DNA of 63,791 bases, filler included, from Asterionella formosa (GCA_002256025.1; 19 parts of 19 records of this genome joined end to end with filler, not necessarily neighbours in it), one strand, 5' to 3'; counted from the first letter of the whole stretch, positions 22,456 through 35,506 are shown. Translations and numbers: made by a program. The notes: a model not told the origin generated them from the sequence alone.

Positions 22456-24326
22456 ATGCAGGTCCAAGGAATCCGTCGTGTCGTCAGTGAGGCAGTTGCC
22501 TCTTTTGAAGATGTGCTTCCCGAATCAGTCGATGTCTCCTCCACTTCCAGTGGCGTCGCTTCCCAGCACTCAGACACCGATCAGTCCGACGAACAATATA
22601 CGTTGGATCCCTACGCCGACGTGCGTGACCACATAGAAGCCCTTGCCGCACGTGACAAGGCGGCGTTCACACTCGGGACGAAGTCTGGCGAGTGCGGCCG
22701 CAGTGATGAGCCCACCATTCCGTCCTTCGCGGCTGTCACTACTTACCTTGGTTACGCCGTCTTGATTTTGTGTGGGCACATTCGTGATGTCTTTGCTCGT
22801 CTTTTTCAACGAGGAAGATATGTGCGACAGAAGAAACATTTTCCTTCGGATGATGTCGCACTCTTTGCTCCTCTGCTAAAGTCGTGGGAGAACTTTTACA
22901 CCCGTCGTCTGTATCACCGGATACAGGATTGCTTCAATCGTCCCATTGCGTCCAAGCCTGCTGCTCGAATCCAGGTTCTGGAGAGAGTCTCTAGGGACGG
23001 CAACAAGACAATGGATATTTTAGGCCCTCTGCACAATCTGGACAGTGACCGACAAAAGTTGGAATATACCTCTGGTTCGCACTATATTGCATTAGAAAAT
23101 CATCGCGTTGCCCGCAGCTGTTTGAATTTGGGATCGTACAATTACTTGGGATTTGCAGATGATTGGGAAGTTACTTGTCAAAAGGGAGTCGTAGGATCCT
23201 TGGACGACTTGCCCGTCAGTACATCATCGTCGCGAATGGAGTTCGGAACTACAACGTTGCATCGACAAGTGGAGCAATTGGTATCTTTGTTTTTGGGAAA
23301 AGAAGATACCATGTGCTTGAATATGGGCTTCAATACAAATGCAACAACGATTCCTGCCTTGGTGACTAGGGGGGATTTGATTATTTCCGATGCCCTCAAT
23401 CATACATCCATTGTCAATGGTGCACGCGGGTCAGAAGCCGCTATACGAACCTTCCGTCACAATGATACCGTGCATTTGGAGGAAATTTTGAGAGAAGCTA
23501 TTGTCATGGGCCGTCCCCGAACTCGGCGTCCTTGGAACAAGATTCTTGTCATTGTCGAAGGAATTTACTCCATGGAAGGTGAATACTGTGATTTGCGAAA
23601 CGTTGTCAGTGTCTCGAAAAAATACGGCGCCTACGTGTATTTAGACGAAGCACACTCAGTTGGAGCCATGGGGGCTACAGGACGTGGATGTGCTGAATAT
23701 ACTGGAGTGGACACGGCAGACATTGATATCATGATGGGAACATTTACCAAGAGCTTTGGAGGCATGGGAGGATACATCGCTGGATCGAAGGACGTAATCT
23801 CCTTTTTACGCCATAAGTGTGCCGGAAGCGCTTACCACAACTCTCTCAGTCCGGTGGTTTGTCAACAAATTATTAGCAGTTTTAAGGTAAGGGTAGCTGG
23901 CGACGTCCAACCCCGACCATCAGGGACCCAGCTCACACAACCTTTTCCATTTCGTAATAGGTAATCATGGGTCAGGATGGAACAGACATTGGCAAACAAA
24001 AGCTTCGAGCGCTCCGAGATAATGCAAACTACTTTCGCATGAGATTGACCGAGATGGGCTTGCATGTCTTGGGTCACTTCGACTCACCCATCATGCCGGT
24101 TATGCTGTACAATCCCACGAAGATTGCCGCCTTCTCCCGCGAATGCTTGAAACGCGGCCTTGCTGTCGTTGTGGTGGGTTTTCCCGCCGTTCCAATTCTG
24201 ATGTCGCGCGCTCGATTCTGTATTTCCGCAGGTCATACCCGCGAGGAACTTGACCGAGCTTTGGTAGAAATTGACGAGATTGCTGACATCCTCAAGTTGC
24301 GCTATGCTCGATCTACCTTTGGTTAA
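22456..24326 (+). CDS. LCB2: Serine palmitoyltransferase catalytic subunit; exons 22456-23886 and 23961-24326
   Basis: [35 protein letters not shown] and the PLP-lysine motif GTFTKSFG. A 74-nt intron (GTAAGG...TAATAG, 23887-23960) joins SFK to VIMG in frame. Confidence 0.95.
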
Positions 24327-25240
24327 TCTAGTTCGTACCTATCATTATTATACGGAGTGAACCGAAGCAAAACTACCATGCATACTAAAAAGTGCAAACT
24401 CTCGAAGAGCAGTAAAAGGAAACTCCTTACAGTCTAGAGAGTTTCTGCAAAGAATATATAGACAAACGTGGCAACGCGAATTAAAGCGATATAACAAGTT
24501 ACCCCCTAATTTGGAATCAAATATATATTTACGGAATATGGCATATGCATGAAGCTACATTTATTTGGCAGAAGCACTCAACGGTGTGGGGCCATAACAA
24601 TTGTGTCTAACGATGTAACATGTTCCCTGAATGAAGAGCCAAATTGTAAATTTTCGTCGTCGTGAAAGCGAACAACTTAATCAGTATATAGGAGCAGTAC
24701 ATTGCACGCGGTATACTGCTTAAGTTTGATTGGAATAGCTTTGCCTATATTACATTATGCTGGCTAACCTTCTTCCATAGTTATCTATTGAATCCAGCGT
24801 ACAAAAAAGATTTATAACACCGCCTATGGAGATTCATGAAAGAACAAAAAGAATCGAACTCTCAAAATCAGTTTCGAAACAATCTACAGTACCATAGCTC
24901 CGAATCTATCATCCACTGGTACACAGTTAATTAATAGTAGATAAGGAGATAGGACCTCATTTAACAAGGCCTGACTTTGGCCAACGAAATGTACCAATTT
25001 TCTTAAATGTATATTTATTTAGATAACTAATGAAACAAAATTGTACTCTTCCTTGAATCATGACACGTGTACGTGCAATAAGACGACACGGAAAAGGTGT
25101 AACAAACGAAAAGGAGCGGTCGTGGAAGCTTATCGCATCCGTGAGTGATACAACAGGGCTTAATATGAAAAGTTGGGAGCTGTGATTGTTGCAACAGCCA
25201 CTACGAAATCATCTCCATGCTAGGTAGGTGCGACATTTGA

Positions 25241-25765
25241 CTAGGCACCATCCTCATCAACAGGGACAAGGTCGCAAAGAATTCCTTGCTTTCGAAGGGC
25301 ATCATGATACATTTCCGCAATCTCATAGACCCAAACCCCGACGACAGCAATCCCATTTTGATGTGCTTGCATCATGGTGTTATAAGCATCTGATTCCGAC
25401 ATGCCAGTGACTTGTACCAGCGAACGAGCCACGTGCTCGCGAGTGTTCAGGCCATCATTGTAGATTCGAACTTCCCACGCCTTGCCACCAGCATCCTTGC
25501 GCTCCTTGACGGGATCGTCGGTGCGAGTCTTGCGTTCCGTCTCGGGTCTGTCAAGAACAGCTGGTCCACCACTCTTCTTGATTGTCTCACGTTCAATAGT
25601 TGAACGCGCCATGATAAGAGGCTGGCGATCAGGCACTGCAGGAGTTGCCGCTCCCCAGAGACTGACGGAACTGGGGCGAAGAGTTGCCGAGAATGGCGAC
25701 AAGGCCACAGACGCTCCAGTGGTGACAGCGACGATCATGCCGAGGAATTTGAAAGCGTGAACCAT
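25241..25765 (-). CDS. clpS: Clp protease adaptor ClpS, probably plastid-targeted
   Basis: C-terminal ClpS core WEVRIYNDGLNTREHV...AYNTMMQAHQNGIAVV...AEMY. The N-terminus is a hydrophobic signal peptide followed by a Ser/Thr/Arg-rich transit-like region. Confidence 0.9.
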   Translation of the reverse strand: MVHAFKFLGMIVAVTTGASVALSPFSATLRPSSVSLWGAATPAVPDRQPLIMARSTIERETIKKSGGPAVLDRPETERKTRTDDPVKERKDAGGKAWEVRIYNDGLNTREHVARSLVQVTGMSESDAYNTMMQAHQNGIAVVGVWVYEIAEMYHDALRKQGILCDLVPVDEDGA

Positions 25766-28108
25766 GTTGTAAATAAAAAGAAGACGAAATATGTTTGCAA
25801 CGTAGAAACAAAAGTCCCTGATGTCTTTGCCTTCGATCTCAACAATATCTGTGATGCAACAGAAGTATTTTGTCGGTGAAGAAATGGGAATTATGACGAG
25901 AGAAGGGAGAGTCCAGTACTGGAAATCAACGCAGCAAAACGGCGAGGAGGCTATCTTTTCTGTACTTGCTAGGGGGAAGTACCTGGTACCCTGGTACCAG
26001 GTACCTGGTAGTACGCCTAGCGAAATGCAAGATGAGGATTGATTCGCTGACGACAGTAGAATCTATTCAGGCGATAAGGAATAGCTAATCAATCCACCAT
26101 GGATGATTTCGTTGGCTACAAAACACTGACGTTGCATTTTCGTGACACTCCAGAGCGTGTAGCGGTTGTGGACTTGCAATAAGATTACATAGTCTCGCTC
26201 GTGTTAAGGGGTGCGTTCAGCACTTAGTCGGACATCTGGATGGACATCCCATTTGTCACAATCGTGGTGTATGGGAACCCCAATTTGAAATTTGCGAAGA
26301 CAAGCGTTGACATACCGGCACTGCCGATACCAGCTTCCCTGGTACCTGGTACCAGGGACCGGTACCTGTACCTTGCAAGTTGCGGTCATTTGGCTTAAAT
26401 AAACAAATTAATTTCCGAGAAAGGAAGCTAAAGTTTTAGTTTCAGCACAATTACCGCAACTTGCTGGTACCATACAGGAACTCCGAGCACCAGGGTGCAG
26501 TAGTACTCTTACGACCAGCCTATCCATATTCCGGTGGTACAAGGGTACCGGGTACCTGGTATGGTACCTGGTGCCTTGTGCCTTGTGCCTGGTACCAAGT
26601 AAGCAGGTACCTATGTACCGACACTGTGTAGTATGTAGTACCTGGTACTGCAAACTTCATTGTCGTGCCCCCCCCCCCCAAATGTATACTGCCGTGACTG
26701 AATTTGACTTATTTTACCTCAAGGGGGGGGCCAGGACAATAACGAGATTTCCCTTATAATACTGGGTAGACCTAGCTGGACTACTTAAATTTTATCGGTT
26801 CTACAGGGTGGTGCGCATTTTTCCAATAAATATTAAAATATGATCATTATCTCCATAAAGTGAAAAATGGGAAAGTTCTTCAGCTTGCCAGAAAGACGCG
26901 ACTTCATGTTGCTATCACTGATCTCAATTTTCAAAGGCATTATTAGTGTTATTACTTTACTTCTGTTACGATGGTATTTTCTATTTTGTGCTTAATATAC
27001 TGGTATGTAGCAAGTAGCAAAGCTTTGTTCTCAATTTTCGCAGAGATAATTTGTATTTTTGTCATGGTCAAGGTTGCGACAACCACCAACATGATGCAGG
27101 GTTCTCCAGGAAGGTCTGGTACTGCACATTTTTGCGCATCTTTTCAGTTACAATTCACTCCCAATGATTTGTACTTATAAGGGGGTGTACAAGACATTGG
27201 ACCTTTTTTGAAAATCCAACACTGGGAGCAAACCAACTTCACCACCGTTTTCGCCTTAGTCTAAAACATTAACAGCAACATTAAAAGATTTATTGTTGTT
27301 GGTTGAAACAGTTTCTATGACCAATAGAATTTCTATTTTTGGTGCACTGGTGCGCCCGAGTTTTGTGATGGCATTAATAGCAATTCCTAGAGTGTGTACA
27401 AATTTGGACCTAATCCCACAGCGATATTAACTTTTGTAGACTCTACGACTTGGATCGTGATGGATATTAATATAAGCCAACCACATCACTTATATGATTA
27501 TTCGACCAGAATCATGACATGCACGAAAGATTTTTGCATCATGGCTGAGGCAGCAGACAAAATGATTCTGTCAACACTTCCGGCAAGCCGACAACATCAA
27601 TACCAGAACTGCCTGACGAGCCTTTAGCATTCAGCTTGATAATCACTCCACAACAAGCATGCAAGTTGCAGCTTCGACTTTTGAAATAGATCTCAAGACA
27701 AGGATATCGCCATCGCAAATGTCATTGGCATCGCTCGTGTTGTTGTTGATTGTTGTTTCATGATGGTGACCAGTAAGAATTCAATTACAGTAAATACATT
27801 GACAACTAGCTAGAATACAATAATATTCTTTTTTTTCTGTAGACATAAAATATGTGGGGTTGTTGTGCCAGATGTACGAAGGGGTGTACAAGGTATCTGG
27901 GGTGACACGAGAGACCAGGTTTTACGGTAATCCCATTCCTACTTAGAAAACCGAGGGGCAATTGCAGGAGACCACCTCGGGCGTGTATTGCCTTCAGCAA
28001 AAGCAATTATCGCAACTGTTGGCTGGGCTGCGCCTGCCGGTAGAATAATGGATGCACCACCACTGCCTAATAATGCATACGCCTACAGCATGTGAGAATA
28101 ACAACACC

Positions 28109-29314
28109 ATGTCATCGGTCGTCCATTCCATCACGTGCGCTTTTTGCTTTCTTGACTTGGATTTCGACAACGACAGATCTAAATTAGCGACAGGAGCCGC
28201 CTTTGTTGATGCGACTGACTCACGCTACGGCTTCAGCAGCAAAGACCTCCGCCTCTTGGGTGGATCTGAAATCGCTCGGATACCAGATCTGATTGCTACT
28301 GATCATGAATGGGCCCCCAAAAATGCAGCATGTGGGATTGTCAAAGTGCAGCCGCCGACGTATGGTAACCGAATCGTTGTCCAACTGTATTGGGATGTAG
28401 CGCCACTAGCATGTGAGAATTTTGCGACTCTTTGCTCGAATGGTTCGATCTTGCCCAATGAAAAGAAAGCCAAACCAGTTCCGATTGGCGAATCTGGCAA
28501 GCCTCTGAGCTACAGAAATTCAAATGTTCACCGAGTACAAACCGACTTTGTAATTCAAGCTGGCGACTTTGTCAAGGGAAATGGATCGGGAGGTGAGTCC
28601 ATTTACAATGGAAAGAAGTTCAAGGACGAAAAGGCAGGCCTACTACTTAAACATGATAGAAAGGGAGTCTTGTCCATGGGAAATAATGGAAAGAATAGCA
28701 ATTCCAGTCAATTCTTTATCACCTTCAAAGCTACACCACAGTGCGATGGGAAACACGTCGTCTTTGGGGAAGTCGTGAGTGGATTTGAAATCTTAGACTA
28801 TGCCCAGACGATTGGAACGTCAAGCGGTGCACCAACAATCCCGGTGACGATAACCGATTGCGGTGCCTATACTCCACTATACACCCCAGGCTCTGGATAT
28901 TGGTATGATCAACCCGATTCTGAATCCTTTGGAGGGATATCACCAGTATTCATGGTGCGACCTCGTGTTGCAGTTGTGGCTCCATCTACATCTGTGCTAG
29001 CGAAATTCAGCAAGGCAATGGATAGCTTTGTGTCATTTACGGGGATAGCTGTAGACAAGTTGGGAGGAAAAGAATCAGTTCAATCAAAGGTTAAAGAGCT
29101 GCTAGAGAAGTTTTGCATCGATGCCATTTTAGTCGCTCCCGCCTGCAAAGATATTCTGGACTCGATCAATGTACCAAGTTCGTGGGCCGGCATAGACCAA
29201 AGCATATCATTGGACGAAATCATTCTACATAGCAAGCCGGTTGATGCCTTGGTGGCAATTCGAACCCAGTCATGGCTATCTAATAGGCCAGCATGGCATA
29301 TAGACGGGGCTTAA
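28109..29314 (+). CDS. Cyclophilin-type peptidyl-prolyl isomerase with N- and C-terminal extensions (alternative start at 28052)
   Basis: APLACENFATLC, HRV..DFVIQAGDF..GNGSGGESIY, LSMGNNGKNSNSSQFFIT and DGKHVVFGEV. Confidence 0.93.
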   Translation: MSSVVHSITCAFCFLDLDFDNDRSKLATGAAFVDATDSRYGFSSKDLRLLGGSEIARIPDLIATDHEWAPKNAACGIVKVQPPTYGNRIVVQLYWDVAPLACENFATLCSNGSILPNEKKAKPVPIGESGKPLSYRNSNVHRVQTDFVIQAGDFVKGNGSGGESIYNGKKFKDEKAGLLLKHDRKGVLSMGNNGKNSNSSQFFITFKATPQCDGKHVVFGEVVSGFEILDYAQTIGTSSGAPTIPVTITDCGAYTPLYTPGSGYWYDQPDSESFGGISPVFMVRPRVAVVAPSTSVLAKFSKAMDSFVSFTGIAVDKLGGKESVQSKVKELLEKFCIDAILVAPACKDILDSINVPSSWAGIDQSISLDEIILHSKPVDALVAIRTQSWLSNRPAWHIDGA

Positions 29315-30180
29315 TTGCGTGAGGCACTACATATGCAGTGTAAATTACATTCGTCCTGAGCTCAATCACTGTTCCATACGTACTAGTATCCCAAGAGGGT
29401 ATTCACAGTTTTTAGTACTTTATATTCACATCAATAGTTTCTTCTGATTCCATATCAGCATCAGCTGTTATTTGATTCATAGTATCTTCTAAGGTGAATT
29501 GGATAGCCTTCGAGGACACAATCTTGTCCTTCTTTCGATATATATGTTCAAATGCATGTGAAAAATACTTAGGCGGTCAACCAAATTGGCGCAGAAGTGT
29601 CGCAGGCAGTGTATTTATTGACTACCGGTATGATCGGTATGTAGCTAAATAATTATATAAAAGCATTTAGATTTTTGAAGTACGTCGGCAAATCAAAACC
29701 TCTATGTATTCGTAAGATGCTTACTACATATATACCTATCGTCGTGCTTTTTGCACATATCATTGCTTGCCCTTTCAATGGTACCAGGGTACCGGTAAAG
29801 TAGTTTTTTACATACTGGTACTCCGCCGTAGGACATAATATGTATGGCCTGTACAACACATGCTAGACTAACTACAAATGAACGATGAAATACCGTAGCT
29901 AGCTATGTCATTGCGTTCCTTTCTGATTGATGTGTTGCTCGCTCTCCCGCCTCCTGCGCCGCAATTTCGTTTCATCACAGCGTGCAGGCGCATCATATTA
30001 CATACATAATGCCGTCAGTTATTTTGCAAGAGCAGTGATCTGGGAATGATTTTCGTCCCGCTTCGGTCGCTCCAGCCAACGCTCACATTAACACCTACAA
30101 ACGCACACTATCATAACAAATAGGTGTATGCGTTGTTTGTGACGTTTATTACATCGTAGAACAAAGAATAGGGAAGGACA

Positions 30181-31172
30181 ATGTCAGAAAGGCCCTCATC
30201 AGTAGCGGACCCTCGCGCCATTTCGAGAGACATATTCTCGGCCACCATTGGTTCTATCGCTTGTTGCTACACTGGACAACCTCTCGACACCATCAAGGTT
30301 CGAATGCAAACCAATCCTGATAAATTCAGAAGCGTGGTAGGATCGACAATTTCCATCTTTAAAAATGAAGTAAGTCTTTCAATGACTTTGGTACTATGCA
30401 ATGTAGTGTGGTTGATTCGAACCCCTTTTTCAACCATGTTTATCTCATCTCCATTTTTCTTTTGCAGGGAATCACGGCCTTTTGGAAGGGAGCTGTCCCA
30501 ACAGCCATGGGGATGGCTGCTGAAAATGCGATGGCTTTTGGCGTCAACGAAGCACTGAAACGTGCCTTTCCCACCGATCCAGTGATCGCCAACTTAGACG
30601 GGCGACCCGACTTAGTCAAACCCTTTGCCATGGGAATGCTTACTGGGTGCTGTTCAGCCTTGGTCTTGCTTCCGAGTGAAATTGTTAAGGCTAAGACACA
30701 AGTGGTAGTTGGAGGAGGCACATCATCGGGGGATATCATTAAGCAATTGATCAGAGTCCATGGATACAAATCATTGTTCGCAGGACTTGACGCACAACTG
30801 GCAAGAGATTCGTCCTTTTATGCAGTGTTTTTTGGAGGTTACGAACTATTCTGCTATGGCTTTCGGACTTATGTGCCGTCCATACCAGAGGAATTGAACT
30901 ATTTCCTCAGTGGTGGATTCGCAGGTATGCTTGGATGGGTAGTTGCCATGCCATTTGATGTGCCCAAAACAAACGTACAAGCTCGATATGATACAAAGAT
31001 TGTAGGCAGCTATTTCCCGGAACTTATCAGGATTGCCCGTGCACGTGGTGTGATAGGATTGTACGGTGGATTGGGACCAACGCTACTTCGTGCTTTCCCA
31101 GCAAATGCTGCTTTGTTCCTGGGTGTGGAAAGTGGAAAGAAGTTCTTTGATAATTTGGTATGGACTCAGTAG
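30181..31172 (+). CDS. Mitochondrial carrier (SLC25), carnitine/ornithine/basic amino-acid carrier-like; exons 30181-30369 and 30468-31172
   Basis: Three signature repeats PLDTIKVR, PSEIVKAK and PFDVPKT, plus C-terminal LLRAFPANAA. A 98-nt intron (GTAAGT...TTGCAG, 30370-30467) joins KNE to GITAFWKG. Confidence 0.92.
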
Positions 31173-31424
31173 GTTAACGCAAGTAGGGCTGATTTCACTG
31201 GACTCAAATAGATATGTACAGGTTGCTCAGAAAAATTGCAGTACTTTGCGCCAGATTGTAAAAGTTCAAGCATTCCTGGAATGATGGTATCACCCTTGCC
31301 TACGCAGTAATGGACATTGTAGGGATCGAATTTCGTAGCCAGTTGCCGTGGCATCTTGGTTCTTCTTCATTGCTTCCAAGGATATGCAATCAAGACTTAA
31401 ATGGAAAAATTATTTATATAGTTC

Positions 31425-32771
31425 TCAATGCTCCCATTGGTATTGAATTGTTGCAGGTTTTTCATGTCCATCAACATAGTATCCTTTCTTCCTTGGTCCA
31501 TATCGGAATCCCAGACAAGTCATCCAGCAATAGATGGTGGAGGGGCTAACAATGCAGGTAAGTCCATGTATGATTAAAATTTGTTTCAACTTTGACTTGT
31601 ACTCCTCAGAGTCCAAGTCAAGGGCAATGCTAACACTCTGCTCCTCTTCTTCCTCAACAGGTTCATTGAATGTCAAATGGACCAGTGCTGGTAGGACCTT
31701 GTCATGTATATATTCCAAAAGCATTTTGATGGAAAGGGTATCCACGTTTTCTTTGCCATATCGTTGAATCCCCCCTAGCAATAATAGTCTACTAGTTGCT
31801 TCTTTGCCTTCTTCTTCTCCTTCTTGTTGTTCACTTGTCCTTCTCCTTTTCCTTGAATTTAATTCATCGCCTAGACCAGTCATAGTAATTTTACTATCTG
31901 AATCAAAGGCAGTTTTTAGAGTAACTTCATTCTCTAATAGCTGAGGTGAAGTTCTACTACCACTACTAGATGAATTTACATGGTGACCATCACGAAAATT
32001 TTGACCATCATCGGCTTCCGCTTCTTCTTCAATGGAACGCATTTCTCTTCCCATTCAGATGAATTACCAGATGTAGGAAGCTTAGGAACCGCTGATACTT
32101 TCTTTCCTGTAATGAAGATAAATCTTTGCCTACTTTTGACCTTCGTTTGATACTCCTGTCGAAATACCATCACCTTCTTGCCTGTGGAAATTGTGACCTT
32201 GTTTGACTCCAAAGATTAATTTGGAAAAACCTTATTGAGATACCTTATCAATCTAATAGTATTAAATTGTATGTTATTGCCAAAAGAGTACTTTTCGTGA
32301 AGATATTCCCTGAATTGATCGACCGGCAACCAAACACCATGAATGGCAGGGTCACTGATGGCGGCCATAACAGACATTGCTATAACTTTTTGAATATCAT
32401 GTGAAAAGTGATTCCCCAAAAGCATTTCACTCATGACTATACAAACAAATATAAAAGCCTTTGGGGAATCACTTTTGCACAGGAAACGGCGGCAATATTG
32501 AGCAACATGGTGAGCCGATCGAAGCAAATAAATTGGCGTGATAGTCCTTCCTACGGTAGGGATAAGGATAATTGTTTGTACCAGTGCTACGTGGGCTACT
32601 ATTATTATTATTTTGATGCAACCAGCCTTAGTGTTACAGTATTTCTGACTTGGCATATAATAACCATGGTATTTTTATACTTCTTGACGATAATAACCTT
32701 GGTTTTTTGTCTTCAAGTCTGACTTGGTGGCGTGAGACTTTGGACTCAAGTCCACACTTGGTATAAATAAC
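31425..32771 (-). mobile_element. Truncated DNA transposon with a YxDGHE-type (IS630/Tc1/mariner-related) transposase N-terminus
   Basis: STIYCWMTCLGFRYGPRKKGYYVDGHEKPATIQY. The 5' terminal ~135 bp (32640-32771, followed by TA) match 57077-57207 in inverted orientation. Confidence 0.7.
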
Positions 32772-33205
32772 TAGAGGTTATTATTATATTCAAACCACAC
32801 GTCAGACTTCATTTTGTGTGGCAAGTCTGGACGTGTTAAATTAACCAACCCTCACCTCTCTTTTATATCATGTACAGTTATGACGCATTATTATCGGTAT
32901 GTTATGTACATTTGTGGAGTATACCTGGTACAAGGGTACCAGGTAGTACCGGCATATTTTGTTGTTGGACAGAAAATTATACCCGTAGTGACAGCTAGTG
33001 CACTAGCAATCAAGTAGCACCGTTTACACAGGCAGTGATCATGAATGTTTGTAATTTCGCTGTTATCATCATCTTGTTACAACCAAAACCAAACTCTTGT
33101 TCTTCTTTGCCTGTCTCATCCCTTCTTCATTTGAATTGAATTCGTTACCACATAATCTATACAACCTCCTCACAAATTACCAACATCGTTTGTTCCAATT
33201 TAAGC

Positions 33206-34819
33206 ATGTCATACACAAGTGGAAAATTCGCAGCTCAAGCAAAACAGGTTGCAGCAGACGATAAGGCTGGTCGTCCGGAAAACACCATTCTTGTCTATAG
33301 AAGAAAAATGGCAGAATTCCTTGATTTTTCTTGTTATGCCTTTCCGTCCGAGGTGGATGGCATCCCATCTACAACAGTGACAGAAGAAAAGTTCTTTGGC
33401 TTTTTATGGTATCAATCAAGACGTCATCAGCGACCCAGAGGACGACCAGGTCAATGTAAACCTGTGGAAGAACAATTTTCAAAGGATGATTATGAATCTG
33501 TAATTTCCAAAACTGATTGGATTTCAGACAAGCCAATTGGATATAGTGTACTCAATCAATATCGATCAGCCATCCTAGATTTGCATGCACAGCAACGGGA
33601 TGGAGTATGCAACAACATACCCAAGGAAGTACTAATGTCTGGCCATGTCAAAAGATTGCTGAAGAAAGTAAAAATGAGAAAGACACAAATTGCGAAAAGA
33701 AATTGTGATGAAAAATTGACAAGTGAATTCACGCCATACACTGCTGCTCAAGATATACCAAGAGTTGAAGATTTTTTCTTTCAAAAAAATTCTTTATCAT
33801 TCATTTATTCAGTGGCATCTTTACGTGATCGATATTGTCTTTTGATGACAACAAATGGGATCTTAAGAGGCAAATCACTCTTTAAGTGCGAACTTAGCGA
33901 TCTTTGTTCCTTGTTACACAAAGATAAAAATAGTCTAGAGGATATTTCAATTCATGTGATGCGCATTGCTACTGGGAAAAAAATGGTTTAAAGACTCTTT
34001 ATGGACGTTGTATTCGACATCGTAATGTCAATGAGTGTGCTATTGGTGCTCTTGGATTTTATTTAATGGCAAGATTTATGCAGAGTGGAGAAGCAGAATC
34101 ATTTGAACAAAGCCTGGTTCAATATTAAGCTGTTGACAGATTCTCGGGGCTTTGACAACACTATTTCAGTAACTGATCAGGCATATGGGAGTAACATGCA
34201 TGAAGAATGCTTGCAGACACCTTGGCATTATTTCAAAACATTTCGTGTATTTTGGTCGATCGGCTGGTTCAGTCAAAGCAGAATTGGATGAACTTGATGG
34301 CTATAACATCAATGACCTTGGAAATTGGAATGTGGATACTCGACGTAATGTTTATTCAGCTAAACTGCCAATGAAAGCCATGCGTGTTATGGCTGGCCAT
34401 CCAGATGAAAAAGGAAGTGTTTTTTGCCACGAGATCACATCAAACCTTCAATGACCCTGCAACAAACTATCTATCCATTTATTGAAAAAGAAATTGAATC
34501 TATTGATGCAGCTACCAATTCTACCGCCCATGCTTTTCTTAATTTGCTCTCTTGCCTCCGTGTCGTCATTCTGCAAGATGCAGCAACAATGATATTGAAT
34601 GGTCGGGGTCATTTTTTGTTCACATTGGATGTGTTTAACTGTGAAGAGTTCAAAGAATTTTTAAAGAATATGAGTCATCATCTGAATTTGATTCAGGATC
34701 CATTGGATCTTAGAATTGACTCTATTTTACCTGGTGTCAGAGATCGATTTACAAATTTGCATTCTGAAATGCATCTACAACGCCGATTACTGGTACAGCC
34801 GCCACAAAAAAAACGCTAG
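33206..34819 (+). pseudogene. Crypton-type tyrosine recombinase (Ndc10 domain-II-like), frameshifted
   Basis: LRDRYCLL...GILRG.SL...ELSDL, GRCIRHRNVNECAIGALGFYL..RF, WFNIKLL, FGRSAG, LGNW...RRNVYSAKLP..AMRVMAGH and LRVVILQDAA, spread over several frames. Confidence 0.88.
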
Positions 34820-34998
34820 TCAAATATGATCACCCAAATTAATTATTTGGGTGGCCCAATATGACGAATTTAGCTACGTACATAATTTAAGGGTATGANN
34901 NNNNNNNNNNNNNNNNNNNNNNNNNNNNNNNNNNNNNNNNNNTTAATTAATTAANNNNNNNNNNNNNNNNNNNNNNNNNNNNNNNNNNNNNNNNNNNN

Positions 34999-35378
34999 CC
35001 GTTTCCCGCCCCTTCTATAGTACTGGGTTGAACGCTACACCTGGATAGATGAATATCGGCGAGTCGTCCTCGCAACAGAGCAATTTGGGGGGTGTACGTT
35101 TCCGTAAATTGCGCAAGGAGCGGGTCGCCAGCAGGAAGACATGAAAAATACGATAAAACATCTGAAAATCTCGACTCTAGCTCTTCCTTGGTGAGATCAT
35201 CTGCCGGACTTTGGTCGAGCTGCACAATGTTGGTCGTGACGACATCTGCTTGATGCGAGAATTTATCATCAAAGGGTGAAAGGTGCTTTAGTGAACGGTA
35301 CAGTCTCATTGCAAGCGGGGAATGAAAGGCCAGGGTAAGTGGCAGGGCTTGTATTGCCGACAGTGTCAGGAGCTTCAT
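34999..35378 (-). CDS. N-terminal part of a probable plastid-targeted SET-domain-like protein (3' truncated)
   Basis: Signal peptide ending LTLA|FHSP (ASAFAP-like). The fragment ends VQPSTIEGAGNG, the usual start of a SET domain. Confidence 0.55.
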
Positions 35379-35506
35379 CGTAAGTGTTCGGCGATCTATT
35401 CTCATCTGCATAATGGCTGTCGCTGCATAATAATGTTGAATCTCTTGCTATTGTCTTGCTTTTCGATGAGAACTGTGGGTGTCTGAGTAATTTGTGGTAT
35501 CTCTAA

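Noticed and set aside
4822..24326. Sphingolipid gene cluster (TLC protein plus LCB2)
   Set aside because: The two genes are on different contigs separated by an artificial spacer, and the TLC protein lacks a clear Lag1 ceramide-synthase motif.
26658..26740. C-run/G-run inverted repeat (ATTGTC..C11 ... G8..GACAAT) as a terminator or MITE
   Set aside because: Single copy, short and homopolymer-driven, with no TSD; rho-independent terminators do not apply to nuclear DNA.
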